Positions 1-11,900 of a stretch of 64,000 nucleotides of DNA are shown piece by piece. Each line of letters starts with the position of its first letter. Position 1 is the first letter of the stretch. Both the position numbers and the translations under genes were made by a program. The notes under the pieces are model-generated. The model was not told the DNA's origin and made no database searches. It saw nothing but the letters and a program-made list of their open reading frames with translations. This DNA is from Camelus ferus (lineage: Eukaryota): positions 28,458,001-28,522,000 of the forward strand of contig NC_045716.1 of assembly GCF_009834535.1 (NCBI RefSeq). Direction: 5' to 3'.

Positions 1-1480
1 GAATATTTTGGAAGATGTGAATAAAAGTGGCCAATTTAATCCAACATGTTACCTGTAGGGGGAGGGGCCTGCCATCTGAGGCTGGGTTGGCCCTCTTCTA
101 ATTTCAAACATAAGCATTTTTAGGGAAGAAACAGTGTGGCCTGAACTTTCCTAAGAACCAGTGCTTCTTGCTGTTTCCTAGTTTACCCGGTGCCTGACTG
201 GTCGTTTATGATCACGTCCCCCTTCCGCCCCACACTGACTGGGAGGATCTGTGAGCTGAGTCGTTTCCATGTGTCTCAGTTTAAGAAAGATTGATTTCTT
301 TGCTCACATCATACTGGCTTTTAATTATTTTATTACTGCATTTCTACCCAAAAGGATCTGAGCAAATGGAACGACCTTAGTTTCCTTGGAGGTGCCCTCT
401 TTCTGGAGGTGCAGCTTTTCACCTGGCACCACTCGGCCACCTCCCGGCGTGGGTGGAGACTGCTCTGAGTTCTACGGCCTGTGGACTTGGCCTTCCTGCT
501 CAGGCGGCCCTCGACCCTCCGACTGGTTGGTGCCAGGGGCAGGGCCGCGTCGGGGTCAGGATCTGGGGGGCGGGGACTGCGGCCCTTCAGACCAGTCACT
601 GTGTGCAGATGTGACGGTGGGGAGATCGTTCCAGCAGGGCTGAGTCGGGTCACTGCCCGGGAGTTCACCCGCGGCTCTGTGCTGCCTCCCGCCTCCCACC
701 TCCCGCCTCCCGGGGAATTGCCTCGGCCAAGCCAGGCTCAGCACGGGCGCTTTGTTCAAGGGCTGGTGGAGGAAACAGCTCTGTGAAGTGTGCTTGCCCC
801 AAGAAAACAGACGGAAGGAAACCCCACGTTGTGCTGTCCCTGACGAGATGGCCCGTGTGTCGGCGCCCAGTGCAGCTCGGGGCTTTGCTTGGCGATTCTT
901 CCCTTGCTGCCTTTCCTCACGTTACGAGTGTTGGTGGCCTGTGCCATTTCCATTTCTCACCCTTGCTGCAGAAGCTCAGCTGTGTGCTCCTTACAGTGGC
1001 TTTTCTCTTTTACAGTTTTAATGGCTTTGTGGTTTTATTTTATGGGTGTCCAAAATATTTAAAAAGTAGCAAAGTGAAAAGTAAAGTGCAGTTCTGTGTT
1101 TCCAATGACGAACTCCTGCTCGCGTCCGCTGCTGACGACCCACCAACAGCTCGTGTTTTCGCCGTTAAGCCCAGTGCGTCGCTTGCATGCAGTTCACAGT
1201 CAGTAACAAGGCAGGTTTGTGCCTTCATCACGGTGCAGTCCTTGTGAAATCAGTAGACACAGAGCGCTCCGCAGGCCCCAGTGCTCACAGCCCGCCCTGT
1301 GTAGGGGGTGCCTCCCGCGGGCTCGCCCACGTGCGCGTGCGTTGTGTGCCAGGCCCCGCGCCGGGCAGGGAGCAAGGTGGGGACAGCTCTGCCCAGTGGA
1401 GCTTGTCTGCCGGCAGGGAGCCTGACGCTGAGCGGGAGCTGTGAGTTAGACGCGCCGGCTTTGCGGTAAAGCAGGAGAGG

Positions 1481-1494
1481 GCAGCAGGGGGCAG
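1481..1494 (+). promoter_or_regulatory. CTCF-like site in intron 1
   Basis: GCAGCAGGGGGCAG, 13/14 to consensus. Motif only. Confidence 0.3.
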
Positions 1495-4400
1495 GTGCTG
1501 GTGTGGGTGGGAGTGGGTGGAGTTCAGGGGCTCTGGAGATGGTGGGGCAGAGGCAGTGGGGGGGCGGGGGCAGGCGGACATCAGAGGGTAGAGGCTGAGC
1601 TGGTGCGGAGAGCGCCTGGCAGGCACGGGGGTGCTGGGCGAGTGCCTCAAGTGGGCAGGAAACCCCTCCTGGGCCTCGAGCCGACGGGGACGCCAGAGTG
1701 GGCTTTAACGCTGTCCCCGCAGCTTTTAAACTAGGCATCGGTGATAAGTCTGGGGCAAAGGCAGAGCATGGAGACCCAGGTGGGGCCAGCGCATGGATCC
1801 AGAGTGAGTGTAGCAAGAGCTGCTGCCCGCAGGCTGGACGGGAGAGAGGAGCCCCAGCCAGAAGGTTCTGGCCCGAGTACCTGAGCACCTGAGGTGGGGT
1901 GTCTGGGGGTGCAGGCCGGCTGTGGAGCGGGACGCTTCCATTTGGGCATGGTCACATTGAGACAAGACACCCAGGGCAGGGGGCCCGGAGCCCATTTGTC
2001 CCATGGATCTGGAGTTCCCTGGAGGGGTCGGAGGTAAAGACAGTCAGCAGGCAGATGGTCTTTAAGAGCGAATGAGAAGGGGTCCAGCGCAAGGCCAGGG
2101 CGGTCCCTGTTGGGGCGATGGCGTGAACCTCCAGCGGTGGGTGACGCCAGGGCAGTGGAGTTAGGCCCTGGAGGTGCGGGGGCAGGGCAGCGTGCAGAGG
2201 TGGCCTCATCCCGGTGGAGACACCTGTCCCACCTGGCCGGGGGCAGTCTTGTGGCGGGAAGTGGGGTGTGATTGGGCTGGGTGCTGGAGGGAATGTGAGG
2301 AGGGGAGACAGCACCAGGGGAGGGAGGGAGGAGCAGCGGGACGTCCCCGGGGTGCCCCGGGGCCTGGTGTTGGGGGCCTGAGGGGAGCTGCTGGGGTGGA
2401 GGCCCCTGACCGCGAGAGGAGGTGGGGCTGGAGTGTTGGGGGAGGAGGGGCTGAGCCAGTGGTCCAGGGGACCAGCGGCCACAGGGCAGGGAGGGGCGTT
2501 GAAGAAGGCTGCCTCGTTTTTGTCGAGACTTGATGTAGCTGGCCTCCTCCGTGTCCCTGCTGCTGGTTCAGGAAGTTCCACAGGTGACAGATAATTAACG
2601 TGCTTACGGAAAACTCAGCAATCCAGCGGATAACGGACGGAGGTCGGCTTGTGTTGTCGGTCCTCCTTCCTGCGGGGTCCCCTTGGTTCAGGATGCACCA
2701 TGGCAGACGGTCCTGGGCGCGTTTACACACACAGACATGTGGCCACATGCATACACAGTTCTCCCTTTGTACTCCTTCCTGTTAGTCTTATGTTCGGGGA
2801 CCTTTCCCTTTTGGTTCATGTCATCAAGCCAGTCTGGTTCACGTGTGTGACGGTGGTGTTTCTGTCTGGCGGTGCCGTCACCAACTTCCCATCCCCAGAG
2901 ACCGAGCACGCCCTTGCTGGTTTGGGCTGGGGGACTCCTGTTCCCCGTGCACCCTGGAAGGCGTGCTCCTCACAAGCCACTGGAGACGTTACTGAACACG
3001 AATCATAACAGTGCAGCTGCTTTATGATGCTAAGATTGGACCGTCTCCAGGACTTCTGAGAAATGGCAAATTTAATTTGCCAAAATGGCAACCACATGCA
3101 TCGGTCTGTTCCAGTTTTCTTGGGCCTGTTGCCCTAGCGGCTTCTTCTATTCAAACCTTCACTGTTAGCAGAATTTTAAATGACTCTATCCTGGCAGTAG
3201 AATCACGCTGAGTGAACAGCTCGGGTATGTGTGGTGTCCTCATGTGGAAGAGGGTAGGGTTCAGGACTTCATGGTGAGCTCGGAGTGTTTTCTTAAGCCA
3301 CTCGCAGAGCTTCTAGAAACCAGGAAACAGCTTGACTGGGCACTTGAAAACTTTCCACTGGCCTGTTGTGAGAGACGTGTGTGTGACCTGGTACCTGCGG
3401 ACCCAGGGCCATCATGGACGGGCCTCAGGGCGTGTCCTGTGGGCCTGGCTGCACCCACCCCGCAGATAACAGGACCCGTTGTGTGTAAAGCAGGCCGATG
3501 GTGTTTTCCTTTGGTGTAGGAAGTCGGAGGCGGGCAGTCCGGGGACGTGCGGAGCCCCGTAGCCAGCCGTGAGGGCCCCGGGCTGCTTCCTTGTCCTAGC
3601 CCCTCTGTCCATCCTCCTCCCTGGAGGCCGGCACAGGAGGGCCAGGAAGAGCAAGTGCCCGGAGCCGCCCGTGTTGCGTCTGCGCTCACACCCCATTGGC
3701 TAGTGAGCCGGTCACATGGTGACAGCTGCAGGAGAGGCGGGCTGGTGGCCACGTGCCCTGGGCCTCAGGGCAGCAGGTACTGAGGTGGCCAGCCAGCAGT
3801 CTCTGGTGATTATGAATTCCGAAGCTTGGCAGAATTTTGTCTGTCTGTGCTTTTTTTCCTGGAAAAATAACTGTAATTTTAAAAAGAATTAGGTTCTGAA
3901 GGCAATGTGTGACCGTACGACGCTTTAAATCCATCAGTTCGAAGACAGGTTGGGTGTGGTGTCATCTGACTGAGGACCACCACCTTCGCTATGCAGTTCA
4001 GTGTTTCCCTTAATAGTCTTTGCTTTGGTTTTTAATTTGGAGAAAAGACCAAGTTTTTGGCATAAGTGGCTTTGACTTTCATACTGACCATGGTTAATCT
4101 GCTTAGAGGTCATGCTCAGAGGATGCACGCTGAGTGTGGCCCCTTCTAGGCCGGGCGGGCCCTCCTCCCTCGGTTCACATGGGTCCCACCAGCCCCCGAG
4201 TCCTGGCGCCGTTGCGGAAGCTGACCCGGCCCCAGGGCTCGGAGCGGAGTCCTGTACCTGAGGGAGTTTGGGATTGACAATTTCCCCTCAGTTTATGCCT
4301 AAATATTTAGTTGTCTGACCGTTTTTAAATAGTGTGTTTTTTTTTTTTGAAGAGGTGATACACACGTGATAAAAAATACAAATACAATTTCCCTTCATCC

Positions 4401-5529
4401 TTATGTCCCAGGGATAGTCTGTACACATGTAGCATATTTCTTTAAAAAAAAAAAGTGCTCTGAACACGTCCTGCCCCATTTATGTCCACGTGGTGCTGCG
4501 TCTCAGGAACCGTCCTGCAGGGAGCTCGGCCCGCACTCTTTGGCCATTGTTGGTCTCCTGTCCTGCTGCACCAGACTTGGTTCTTTAAACATTTAGGTTG
4601 CATCCATTCTTTGCTGCTGACAGCAGTGCCGGTGGTTTTCAGATCTTTGCACAGACAGGTGACTCTGTGCTGGGAGGGCTCCTCGGGGGGCAGCAGCGGG
4701 TCCGTGCCTGTTGCCTGTTGCTCTTCTGAGTTAAGCTCCCGCCAGAAGTGCAGGGAGCTGCCCCGTCCTGACTCTCTTCCCGCCTGTCACGCCGAGCGTC
4801 TTGCTGAAATTTGCATTTAAAGAATTCCGTGACAGGTTGAGTCTCCTCATGTTTAAAAGCTTTCAAAGCTTTGTGACTTCTTCCCGCTATGAATTCATGC
4901 TCATTTCCTATGCTCGTTTTTTGGTTAGGTTTATTAGTCTTTTTTCTGTTCCTGTGAGAGAAGGAAATGAGCTCTTTGGTGAATGTGTAGCAAGTATTTT
5001 CCAGTTGGTTTGAATTTTGCATTAAGAACTCTTTTTATTTAGTGTAACACAGAGAGAATTGTAGTTTTGCTTATTTGTGGTGGTTGTTGCTGAAGTCCCC
5101 CTTGTTGTATGGTCACCCCCTTCTGATGCCCCCCCAACACCCACATGTAATTTATGTGTTGAGTAAATGGGTTCCCTTGTCTGTAGACTTTCCCCTAGTC
5201 TGGATTTTGATTTTTCTATGTGCATTTCAGGATGTCCCCCAACCCCTGTATTTCTTGAGAGTCAACAGTATTAGAATTCTGGGGACTTGATGGTCTGTGG
5301 TGTTTTTGTTTGCCGGTGTGTGTTGGGGTGGCACGCTGGCCTTGGGCAGTGTTAGATGGGACAGCACATTTGGTTCTGTTCTGGTTGGGGTGTTGAATGG
5401 CAGGACAAATGCTCGATTTTCTTTTTAATACCCCTTTTAAAAAATTAAAGACAGTTCCCTGGCACCCTCTAAAGGTGATTTTTTTGGAAAGCGTTGTGAA
5501 CTCATGAGCTTGAAAATACTTGTTTCAGT

Positions 5530-5800
5530 CCATTGGCCTCGTTACCCTTGCTGGCGGTCACTGTGCTCATCTTTGGCCGGGAGGGCCGTCTTGGAGCTGG
5601 CCCCTGAGCCCTTGTGAGACAAGCCTGATGTCTTTGGTCGCTTCCTCCCACCTGGCGTGACAAGGTGTTCCAGGTTTCTCCTGCGTAGTCCTTGCCTCCG
5701 ACCTGGAATCAGCCGTTTCTCCAGGAGGCCCCGATGGTGTTGCTGAGAGCCGGGCCCCAGCTCCACAGCCTGGGCAGTAAGGGTGTGGGGCCGCTGGGGT
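5530..5800 (-). mobile_element. Old L1M (L1MC/MD-like) 3' fragment
   Basis: Resembles recalled antisense L1M 3'-end text (gacctggaatcagccgtttctccaggaggccc...); highly diverged. Confidence 0.4.
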
Positions 5801-6189
5801 TGCACACCGGTTCCTCCCTCCAACTCAGACACACAGTGGAAATCCACGCCCAAAGACCTCTCCTGCCTGCGCTCGGGTCTGCCTGTCCTTGTCCCGCTTC
5901 TCAAGGACACAAGGAATGGCAGAGTCGTGACATCTTCAGAGGGCATTCCAACACCACCGCTCAGTGCGGTTACTGCAAACTGGTAACGTTTGTTTTGTGT
6001 GTGTTCTCCCAGTTTTTCTCCCCATTTTTAAGCAGGTAAATTGTGTCTCTGTGATCAGATCACGTAGCCATTGCAAACTGGACCTTCTCATTTGGTCTCA
6101 GTCCTGCACGTAAATACAGACTGCTCACCACTAACCAGTTAGTGTGTTGTTTCCTCCAGTGGTTCTGCTTTTCTGAGTCTTGTTTTCCA

Positions 6190-7130
6190 GCGGTTTCTTC
6201 AGGAAGCGTTTGTGGGAACACTGTTCTCTGAGGGCTGTGTGTTGGTACAAGTTGCTGCCTCTGTCCTTGAAGCTCACTTCGTCTGGACACTAAGGCTCAC
6301 GCTTCTTTCCTTGAGTGTCTTGTGTGTGTTGATCCCTTTTCTGCTGTAGTTTGATAATCTATCCCCCCGCCCCCATTTTAAGTCACCTGGTACTTTTGTC
6401 TAGATGTCTAAAATTGTTTTTCTTTCTTCTTTAAATAGTATTTTTTATTAGACTGTGTCTTAGTATCGGTTGTTCTGCCACCCATCCCTCACCAGATTTG
6501 TGGTGTCTTTTTCATAAGCAGTTTCAAGGGTTTCTACACCCCCTCCCTGCCTTGGTTTCTGAAGCATTTTCTTGGATGTGACGTCATCCCCGCGTTTCAC
6601 TGCGTGACTTTGGTTTCCTTTTGTCAGGCCCCCTGTTAAACAGATGTTGGACCCTCTTTGCCTGTCAGTGTGCTCCTTTCTTGAAATCTTTTCTTTCATT
6701 TCTTTTTTATTCTTAATTGTTTCCTCCTTTCTTCACTTTGTTTTTCTTCAGGCATAATTGTGTTTCTTTGCTCTTGGATTCCTTCCAATTTAGCCTTCAT
6801 TTCCAGAATTGTTTCTCCTTTGTTTCCAGTCTTTTCTGAGTTCTGTCCCCTCACTTCTGAGTGTCTTCAGTGCTGGCTCATGGTTAGTGGTGTTTTGTGT
6901 CATTTCCTTCATGTGTTTTAGTGTGTTCTGAGATAATAGGGTAGCAGCTTCATCTCTCGGAGGGACATGTCTCCCTAGCATGCTTTCCCCGACTGTAGTC
7001 ATGCTGCTTTGCTTCTGTTTGCTTTTAAAATATATTATCTCTGCATGAGATTTGACCTCAGTATTTTATATCAATGCATTTTCTCTGGAATTCATTTTCC
7101 AGAACATTTGGAAGGGAAGCTTGATTTGGA
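6190..7130 (-). mobile_element. LINE-1 ORF1 relic
   Basis: Minus-strand frames give DRQRGSNICLTG (compare L1 ORF1p DRxRRxNIRxIGVPE) and a coiled-coil-like KEMTQN...LKTLRSEGTELRKD. Broken by stops and frameshifts. Confidence 0.65.
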
Positions 7131-8778
7131 ATAGTTCTAATTTCCGTGTTCTTGAGCTCTATTTTCTGTTGTTTGGGGGAAGTTATAAAGAATGCGGCCA
7201 CTGTTTTCTGCACTCTCCCGGCTGTTTGCCTTCCCTGCCACACTGTCTTCTAGGCTGGTCTCTTTTCAGTGTGTGTGGCCCCTGCAGGTGGCCCTGCGTC
7301 TGTCTGTCCTTGGGTGGCTACAGCCTCGTCCTCTTGTTGACCTGCGGCTTTTCCGCCTCGCTTCCTCCCAGAGCCCCTCATGGCTGGCAGTGTGCTGCCT
7401 GCGTGCTGGCGTGTCAGGTTCTTGCAGAGTCCTGACCGCGCCACCCGCTACCCGTCACCCGTCACCCCATTGTGCCGCCCTGGTTGCCCCGTGTGTTCCT
7501 GCAGGGACGTTTGGGAGGGTCACAGCCCTGCCACCACCATCCCTCCCTAGTAGGGACTTTTTAAAGGGTTGGGCAGCAGGACCTCTGAGATCCCAGGTCC
7601 CGCACTCTCTGCCATCAGTGGCTGCTCTGGCAGGGGCGGGTGGGCTTTCTGCCTCCCTTGGGCTCGCGTGAGGTGTGCAGGTGGGAGTGACACGCCTCGG
7701 CCGTTTGGCGGGCGGCACCCGTGTCCGTGTCTGTGAGCGAGTGCCGCATGTGCACGAAGGGTTAAGACGGTAGCTTGGCCCCCCCTTCCTGCCGATGGTC
7801 GTCCCCCAGAAACTCCCCCCAGAAGCTTGGGAGCTGCTCCGTTTAAGCTGTAGAATTTACATCTGGACGAGGGACTTAAAGGATTTAAGAACATGTGTGG
7901 AACCCGCGGATTTAACTTTACGTCTGGTGGAATTTATCTGTTTAAAGGAGCTGTCAGTAGACTCCTGTTTGAAACTAGATGATCTGAAAATCCTAATTCA
8001 GCTGCCCCTGCCCGGGGGGCGTGCCTTGAGACCACGGGAGTGGGCGCGGGGCTGCGCAGTAGGCTTGGTGCCTGGCAAGCACCCCAGGGAACCCGCAGTT
8101 GTAGGGGCGGGGGGAGACAGATAAGTCACGTCATAAATACTTAACCTGTCGGTAATTAAAATGCAGTGTGTAGGGTGCTGAAAGTATTACGGGGCAGCGA
8201 TTGCTGGTTCCTCCAGGCACCCTGTTTTCAGGCGCTGTGTTTAGACTCCTGTGTTGATAGATCATATTTGGGGTGACGTGGCCTCGTTTCTGTTTTGGAA
8301 AAGACAGTCCCTTTTGGCCTAATCAGAGCGTTTCAGGAGTGGGAAGAAGGTGACAGACTCTGGTGCAGACGTGGGCCGTCTCGGGGGCAGCAGGGCTGGG
8401 GTCCGAGGGGAGGGCCGGGGTGCGGAGCTGAGCTGAGCTGGGGCCTGCGAGAGGTGTGTTTGCAGCGGCGTCCGGGGTGTGGTGTGTGCGGCAGGAGCTG
8501 AGAGCCCATGGGGGTGGGACGGGTTCCGTGGGCAGAAGGGGGACCATTGGGGATGGTTGGCTTGGGGGTTATGTGTTCAAGCTGCCTTAGGAGGGTGACG
8601 TTGGAGGGGTGCGGGGATGGGTTGGGAAGGTGGGGCTAGTCCGGGGGGGGGAGACTGAGGCCATTGGTCAGTTTTCACAGGATACCAACCTCTGGGTGGT
8701 CTGGGGCAAGGAGAGCCCTCCTCGGTGTGGTGGCGAGCCGCTGATGTCCCCGACTCTGTCTCTGCTTTTGCTTCTAAG

Positions 8779-8845
8779 TGACAGGAGCCCGGTCCCGCGT
8801 GAGTTTGATTCCTGTGCCTCGCCCGGCCTCGCGCCGCCGTTCTGG
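8779..8845 (+). other. BANP: 5' UTR part of BANP exon 2 (first coding exon)
   Basis: Pyrimidine tract plus AAG acceptor (tctgcttttgcttctaag|TGACAG) 67 nt before the ATG. An alternative CAG at 8782-8784 is possible. Confidence 0.7.
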
Positions 8846-8915
8846 ATGATGTCAGAACAGGACCTGGCGGACGTGGTGCAGATCGCCGTGGAGGAGCTGA
8901 GCCCCGATCACCCAG
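8846..8915 (+). CDS. BANP: BANP exon 2 coding part (MMSEQDLADVVQIAVEELSPDHP), ends in phase 1
   Basis: ATGATG at 8846; donor CAG|gtaggc. Confidence 0.96.
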
Positions 8916-11900
8916 GTAGGCAGCTGTGGGCGCCAGGGAGCCAGCACTCTCCCTTTCCGGGACGGTCCAGAAGAGCGTCTGGAAGCTGTCTTTCCCTTCA
9001 GTAAAGCAAGAGAAAAAGCAGTCGTGTGTTCCATGTGAAAAATCCCAATCAGAGAGGGTGTGCTCACTGCCGGCCCCACGCCCAGCCTGGTGGTCGCCTC
9101 CCGCACCCTGTCTGCCCCTCCTTCCCGCGCGCCTTCCAGCCCCCGCTCCCTGCCCCTGCCCACCTGGGCCGCGATAGCACACGGGGGCCCCCCGCTGCCT
9201 TCTCCAGTGCCCCACTCCCGCCCGCTGCCAGCGCGTCGGGGAGCCTTGGGCTCTTCTGCGTGGGCTGCTCTGTGTCTGGACACCTGCGGGGTCTTCATTC
9301 CCAGGTGTTCCCTCGCCCCGCTTCCCTGCCGACACCAGTCACGTTGTTCACACTGTATTTCTTTCACGTACACCCTGCAGTGAAGACCCTTGCAGGTGTA
9401 TCATGGGAAGTATTTGTCGGGTGATTTCCCAGAAGCAGGACGGCTGAGCATGTTGAGAGTTCTGATAAGACACTGACCGATGTCCCAGAAACGCTCTGTT
9501 TGTGTATTCTGTGAGGTGGCTTTTCCTACACTCTTGCTGAGGCTGGGAATTTTCCTTAATGACGTTAAGGCTCACATCTGCTTGGGAACCTCAGCTGAAT
9601 ATTCAAGATGACGCTTTGTGAGGGACCCATGAACTTCAGGAACGTCATCTATGAAACAACTTTGTCGACACTTTTATTTTATAAAAAGATTTCCTAATGA
9701 GAGTTCTCCTCCTCCTCCCCATAAAGCTTTACGTGTTTTGTATGTCTGTTAAGTTGGAAGTGACAGGTGACCACAACTAAGGCACAGAGCATTTTGGTTG
9801 CCTGGCTATTCTTTCTGGAATAGTAGAATTAAAATGCTGATTTTTTTTCCAACAAAGAAAAGAGAATTTTCAGAAATCTCATAAGAAAATACGTCTGTCT
9901 TGTGTGACGTGTTTGACGTGCTCACTGGAAGGCTTCACCGTGGAGTCCGCTGCTGTGTGCAGGGGGGGGCAGCGCCGTGGCCCCGGGACGGCCCAGCAGC
10001 CCCGGAGCTGCGGGCGCCTTTCCCAGCGCTGCTCTGCAGGCAGTTTTCCCCCTTATTTCGCTTTGATTTGTTTATGAGCAGCACTGTCACCTGATAACTG
10101 CAGGATCAAGAGCCTACCAGACCCTTGAGCAAAGTCAGGGCGTCCGGCTGTGGCTGTTCAGCACCCCGGGTTCTCTGTAAAAGTGAACTGGTCTGTTCAG
10201 AGCGGGGACTTGACGCCTTGACCTCAGTGAGCACCGCACCTCAGACGCCGGGGAGCCGGAAGCCCAAGGCCACAGCGCTGCCAGCGTGCGTCCCTGCTTT
10301 ACAAACCTCTGTTCGTATTTTGGTGGGGGGTTGTCAGTTTCTTTAGAAGTCACATACTGTTGTAAGAGAAAAATGTTCCAGTTATATAAATCTTACGCAT
10401 TTTTAGAACTATTAAAATTTTGACAGTTTTCTTCCCGAATAAACCCTCTTTCTGTAAGTTACAGTTCAAAGGAGGATTAGAGAAGACATTTCTGAACCTG
10501 GTTTGTTCCCCCTCTGGTCCGTGAACAGCTGGGAGCGACAGCGTACTGACGGATCCATGGAAACCCGCTGTGCGCCGGGCTCCCAAGGCCTTCGCAGTCG
10601 GAAGGCCTGTAGCCCCTGGCCCTGGTGACGGCCACACAGCAGCAGGCGCCGCCTGCCTTCCCCACGTCTGTGTCCAGAGTGGGTTTAAGATTGAGACTGT
10701 TTTTCCCTCGTCCCTGAAGTGTGAACTTTGTAAAATTTAAAGTCTAGTTAAGCAAGTAGAAGAAATAAAAATTTCCCATAATCCGAGCAACAGAACCACC
10801 TTTAAATTGTTGGCACGTACATCCTTCCATTTTTTTCTGATTTCCACCTAAAACCAGAATGCTTGGGTTCTTGCGACTTTGCTCGCACTCCCCCCGGGCT
10901 GCAGTCTCCCCGTCTGCACACATGTGCGATTGTAACTGTGATCGGGCCATCGTTTCTGATGATTGTGGTGGCTTTAAAATGAACATCTTTTGTCTGGTTT
11001 TAAAAGTCATGCACAAAAATTACAAAGAGCAGCGCAGCAAAGGACAAAGAAGAAAATAAGCCGGCAGCCCACAGGCCGTAGGAAGTTGCTGCTGGAACCC
11101 AGCTATGTGGCCCTGCCGTCGGCGCCGGGCACAGCCACGGCGGGTTCCGTTTCCTCAGCTGCTTCGCTGCCCTTTGCTCATCTCCTGGCAGTTCTTCACG
11201 CTGCCACAGCGTGGAGTCGTCTTCCCTGTTGTCATAGGAAGTATGCTGTGTGACCCTGGTCAAGTCACTTGACCTCTCTGGACTTGATTTCAGCTGATTT
11301 TAGGATTAGACTAATGGTTGTCTGAGTCTGTTTATCCTCCCTGTCCTGTTATAACGACCAGCTTCCAGTGGGAGTAAATGGTTTGACGAAGCTTTTGAGA
11401 ACCTGTGTTTTGTTAACCATTTGTAGGCATGGGTTTTCCTTTTTTTGACTTGATTAAATGAGAATCTGTGCCCACACGTTGTATGGAAGTGGATACACGG
11501 TGCATGATGCAAGCCCTCTGGTAAGCGCAAGGCTTCTTTGTCATCATTGGCCCGTGGCTGGTTCGGATGCTAACTTACCTCCAGGAGGTCAGCTCACTGC
11601 GCTCGCCCAGGGCCCTGGAAAGGTTCTCATTAGAGTCGTGGGTCTGTTCCGTTTCTTTACTTTAGGGTTTTGAGACGAGTCATCTTGTACGTGCTGGGGT
11701 AGGCCTTGAATGCAGGCTGAGTGCTTACCCGGGGCGGGAGCCACGAAGACCCCTTGGAAGGTGCTCTGGGGAGGTGCTGACTCCAGCCACTGCTGTGAGG
11801 AGGGATGGCTTTGTCACCTGGCATGTTCGGTTTGAGACTAGTGTGGTGACCAACTTGTAACAACATGGAATATGCAGAGAGTGGAATGAGGCGGCCAGTG

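Noticed and set aside
1-8778. BANP promoter / exon 1
   Set aside because: No clear CpG-island promoter or first exon was seen. This stretch is best read as intron 1, with the promoter upstream of the window.
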